The notes under the pieces were generated by a model, which was not told where the DNA came from, did not search any database, and was given only the letters and a program-made list of their open reading frames with translations. Below, one piece after another: positions 61,843 to 64,000 of a stretch of 64,000 bases of DNA. The stretch's first letter is position 1, and every line of letters begins with the position of its first letter. A program made the position numbers and the translations under genes. Origin of the DNA: Bacteroidota bacterium (GTDB lineage Bacteria > Bacteroidota > Ignavibacteria > UBA10030 > UBA8401); NCBI GenBank assembly GCA_041658205.1, contig JBBAAO010000002.1, forward strand, positions 55,310 to 119,309, in the 5' to 3' direction.

Positions 61843-62391
61843 TTGAATTTTATGGAACGGTCTGGCGGCAATAAAATGAAGTATAAATCGAAAAAACAAT
61901 ATCGGCTCCCGTATTATAATTACGCAAGTTCAGGATATTATTTTGTAACGTTAGTTGCCAAAAATCGCCATAAATATTTTAGTACAATAAATGATGGCAA
62001 TGTAGTTCTTACTGATATTGGGGAAATAATTAAACAATCATGGCTATACATTCCAATTAGTTCACCATTTGTAATGTTAGATGAATATGTCATAATGCCT
62101 AATCACGTACATGGCATTTTATTGATTGATAATCCGAATGAGGGTTTGGAATTGAAGGAGAAAAAATTTGAGATAAGAAAAAAATCCCTTTCGATTGTTA
62201 TGAGAACATTTAAAGCTTCAGTAACCGCTCGAGCGAGAAAAGAACATCCTGACATCAAACTATGGCAATCAAGATTTTATGACAGTATAATTCGGAATGA
62301 GACGCACCTTCAAAATGTTAGAAAATATATCGAGAACAATCCGTTACAATGGGAAGAAAATAGTAAGAATCCGATGAGTATTATGATGTGA
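61843..62391 (+). CDS. REP-associated tyrosine transposase (RAYT; IS200/IS605 Y1 HuH family)
   Basis: 'YRLPYYNYASSGYYFVTLVAKNR' N-terminal motif; HuH 'IMPNHVHGILLI'; catalytic-Tyr region 'VRKYIENNPL'. AT-rich relative to neighbours; preceded by the REP array. Confidence 0.75.
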   Translation: MNFMERSGGNKMKYKSKKQYRLPYYNYASSGYYFVTLVAKNRHKYFSTINDGNVVLTDIGEIIKQSWLYIPISSPFVMLDEYVIMPNHVHGILLIDNPNEGLELKEKKFEIRKKSLSIVMRTFKASVTARARKEHPDIKLWQSRFYDSIIRNETHLQNVRKYIENNPLQWEENSKNPMSIMM

Positions 62392-62423
62392 ATATTATTT
62401 CCGGAACAGTCTTCTACCAAAAA

Positions 62424-62447
62424 GTGTGGCGGAAGTCCGTGCTTAAG
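62424..62447 (+). repeat. degenerate REP-like copy downstream of the RAYT gene
   Basis: tgtggcggaagtccgtgcttaag resembles unit 5 (tgtggcatggacgctagtccgtgcaaaag) with an internal deletion. Confidence 0.4.
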
Positions 62448-62464
62448 TTTTATTTAAATTCATT

Positions 62465-63997
62465 TTAAAACTCCAGCTTTACTCCAATCGTTGGAAGCAT
62501 CCCCAGTCCATTAGTCAGCACTTTGCCGCTTGTTTCACGAAACTCCTCGCTGTTAGGATTCTGCTGATTATACAAATTTAAGATATCCAGAAACGCGACA
62601 ATCGCCAAGCCGCCAACAACAGGAACCGATCCAAACTGTTTTCGATAATCGATTCGAATATTCAATGTATGAAAATCGCTATACCGCAAATTGTTATTAC
62701 CGGTAATCTCTTTTGAATAACGGAAATAGATAGAATCTTGAAAAATATTCGAATGCACAACGTACGAATCCTTCGGTCGTCCTGATGCAAACTTCCATTT
62801 CATTGAAAAAGACCATTCCTTATTCAATTCGTAACCAAGCAGGATATTGGCAATGTACGGCTGACCAAAATCGGCATTGTATTCGCCGGAACCATAATTG
62901 TCGTTTCGACGGCTTTGTGCGTAAGAAAAATTCATTTGCCCGTACCATTGATCTGAGAAGCGCTTAATCAGTCCGATGTCAATCCCTTGAGCATACCCAG
63001 TCCCTCCGTTCGTGCGGAAACGTCTTGTCCGATCTGTATGGACTAGCAGCTCGCGCAGATTCTTTCGATATGCTTCTACTGTCATCTTCATTTCTTCGTT
63101 GAGATAATATGTCCACCCCACGATGTAGTGAACAGCCCGTTCATTATGAAGCGATGTATTGGATTTATCGAACATCAGCAGACTGTATTGGGGCATCTGA
63201 TAATAAATTCCGGTAGCAAGGTGTATTTTCATCTGTTCGCTAAGCTGATAACTTGCACTGAATCTCGGCGATATGGTCTGCTGGTTGTACAGTTCGCCGT
63301 ACTCGTACCGAAGGCCCGACATTACCATCAGTCGATCCCAGAATGTATGCCGATAATCCACGAAGAGCGCAGCATTCAATTTTTTTCCTGATTGCGATGT
63401 GTTGATAGAGTGCGGATCGATGATCGTAAAATATTTCAACGGATCGGGACGATAATCGTCGCCGTCAAATATGTAGGATGTATCCACCCCTTGTTGTTCA
63501 TATCGATAACGAAAATCATCCATGAATATTTCCCCGCCCGTTTGAACAGCAATATATGATGTTAATGCAACCGTGTACAACGATTTGAGACCGTACTGAT
63601 CCTGATTGCTGTTACTATTGATATAATCTTGTCGTATTGGAACAGTTTCTTTTGCCGGAACAACACCGTTGATGACATTGATATAAACACGACCGTAATG
63701 GTATTCGGTATCTGTTCGCTTCAGATAAACTGTGTTTTCCAAAAAACTTTCTGTGTTAACAAGATATCGCCAGTTTGCGCCGAGTAGGTATTTTGTTTCG
63801 TCTAACGAACCGACGAAGGTTTCAAAGTCGTTATTCTTCGCATCGAAGACATTGTCTATTGTGCGCCCGAAATGTTCTGGAGAATAGATCGCAATGATGG
63901 AAAGTTTATGCTCGGGAGAAATTTCTGTAGTTGTTTTTGCAATCACATCAGAGAACCGGATTTGTCCGAGATCTTTTAGATCGATCATTTCAAGCAT
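62465..63997 (-). CDS. outer-membrane beta-barrel protein, TonB-dependent-receptor-like (N-terminus cut by the window edge)
   Basis: C-terminal 'TIGVKLEF' (terminal Phe); alternating aromatic/Gly beta-strand pattern; ORF runs off the window end. Confidence 0.55.
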   Translation of the reverse strand: MLEMIDLKDLGQIRFSDVIAKTTTEISPEHKLSIIAIYSPEHFGRTIDNVFDAKNNDFETFVGSLDETKYLLGANWRYLVNTESFLENTVYLKRTDTEYHYGRVYINVINGVVPAKETVPIRQDYINSNSNQDQYGLKSLYTVALTSYIAVQTGGEIFMDDFRYRYEQQGVDTSYIFDGDDYRPDPLKYFTIIDPHSINTSQSGKKLNAALFVDYRHTFWDRLMVMSGLRYEYGELYNQQTISPRFSASYQLSEQMKIHLATGIYYQMPQYSLLMFDKSNTSLHNERAVHYIVGWTYYLNEEMKMTVEAYRKNLRELLVHTDRTRRFRTNGGTGYAQGIDIGLIKRFSDQWYGQMNFSYAQSRRNDNYGSGEYNADFGQPYIANILLGYELNKEWSFSMKWKFASGRPKDSYVVHSNIFQDSIYFRYSKEITGNNNLRYSDFHTLNIRIDYRKQFGSVPVVGGLAIVAFLDILNLYNQQNPNSEEFRETSGKVLTNGLGMLPTIGVKLEF

Positions 63998-64000
63998 CCG

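Noticed and set aside
1-64000. tRNA/rRNA genes
   Set aside because: No T-arm GTTCGAATC/GTTCAAATC-like motifs or rRNA-like conserved stretches were found in any intergenic region on visual scanning. The intergenic regions are short, and those inspected are explained by promoters, terminators or repeats.

Overview
This 64-kb window is chromosomal DNA from a Gram-negative bacterium of the FCB group (Ignavibacteria/Bacteroidota-like). That lineage call is an inference from three secreted proteins carrying type-IX-secretion C-terminal sorting tails ('NYPNPFNP...'). I did not recognise a classical defence island; the most novel-looking pieces are small cassette-like insertions and regulatory RNA structures inside an otherwise housekeeping region.

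The left ~13 kb (minus strand) carries housekeeping genes: a TlpA-like thioredoxin, an esterase, glutaminase, MarC, a kinase-like hypothetical, dedA plus uppP, spoVG, murQ, and the rsmG-mnmG-mnmE tRNA-modification cluster. A divergently oriented MFS sugar transporter sits on the plus strand.

The centre is a ~22.5-kb uninterrupted plus-strand biosynthetic 'super-operon'. It appears to be fronted by a branched-chain-amino-acid leader peptide and attenuator. Gene order is ilvB-ilvN-gltB-gltD-DUF2141-ilvC-cimA-like-DAHP synthase-leuA-leuC-leuD-proC-leuB-aspartate kinase-Rof-like-thrC-[GxxExxY cassette]-thrB. Most junctions are very short or overlap.

The right ~27 kb is mostly on the minus strand. 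It holds:
- a PNPOx-like flavoprotein and two secreted alpha/beta hydrolases;
- a four-gene sulfur-trafficking cluster (tandem rhodanese, split YeeE/YedE, Cys-less rhodanese);
- a conserved envelope operon TPR-DUF4292-EnvC-like-MoxR-T9SS cargo;
- LemA plus an HtpX-like M48 peptidase, BI-1, DUF3332, DUF423, and a large vWA membrane protein;
- an S8 subtilase with a T9SS tail and a DEAD-box helicase;
- a REP-like palindromic repeat array immediately followed by a REP-associated tyrosine transposase (RAYT);
- a window-truncated TonB-dependent-receptor-like beta-barrel.

No rRNA or tRNA genes and no CRISPR array were detected by eye.
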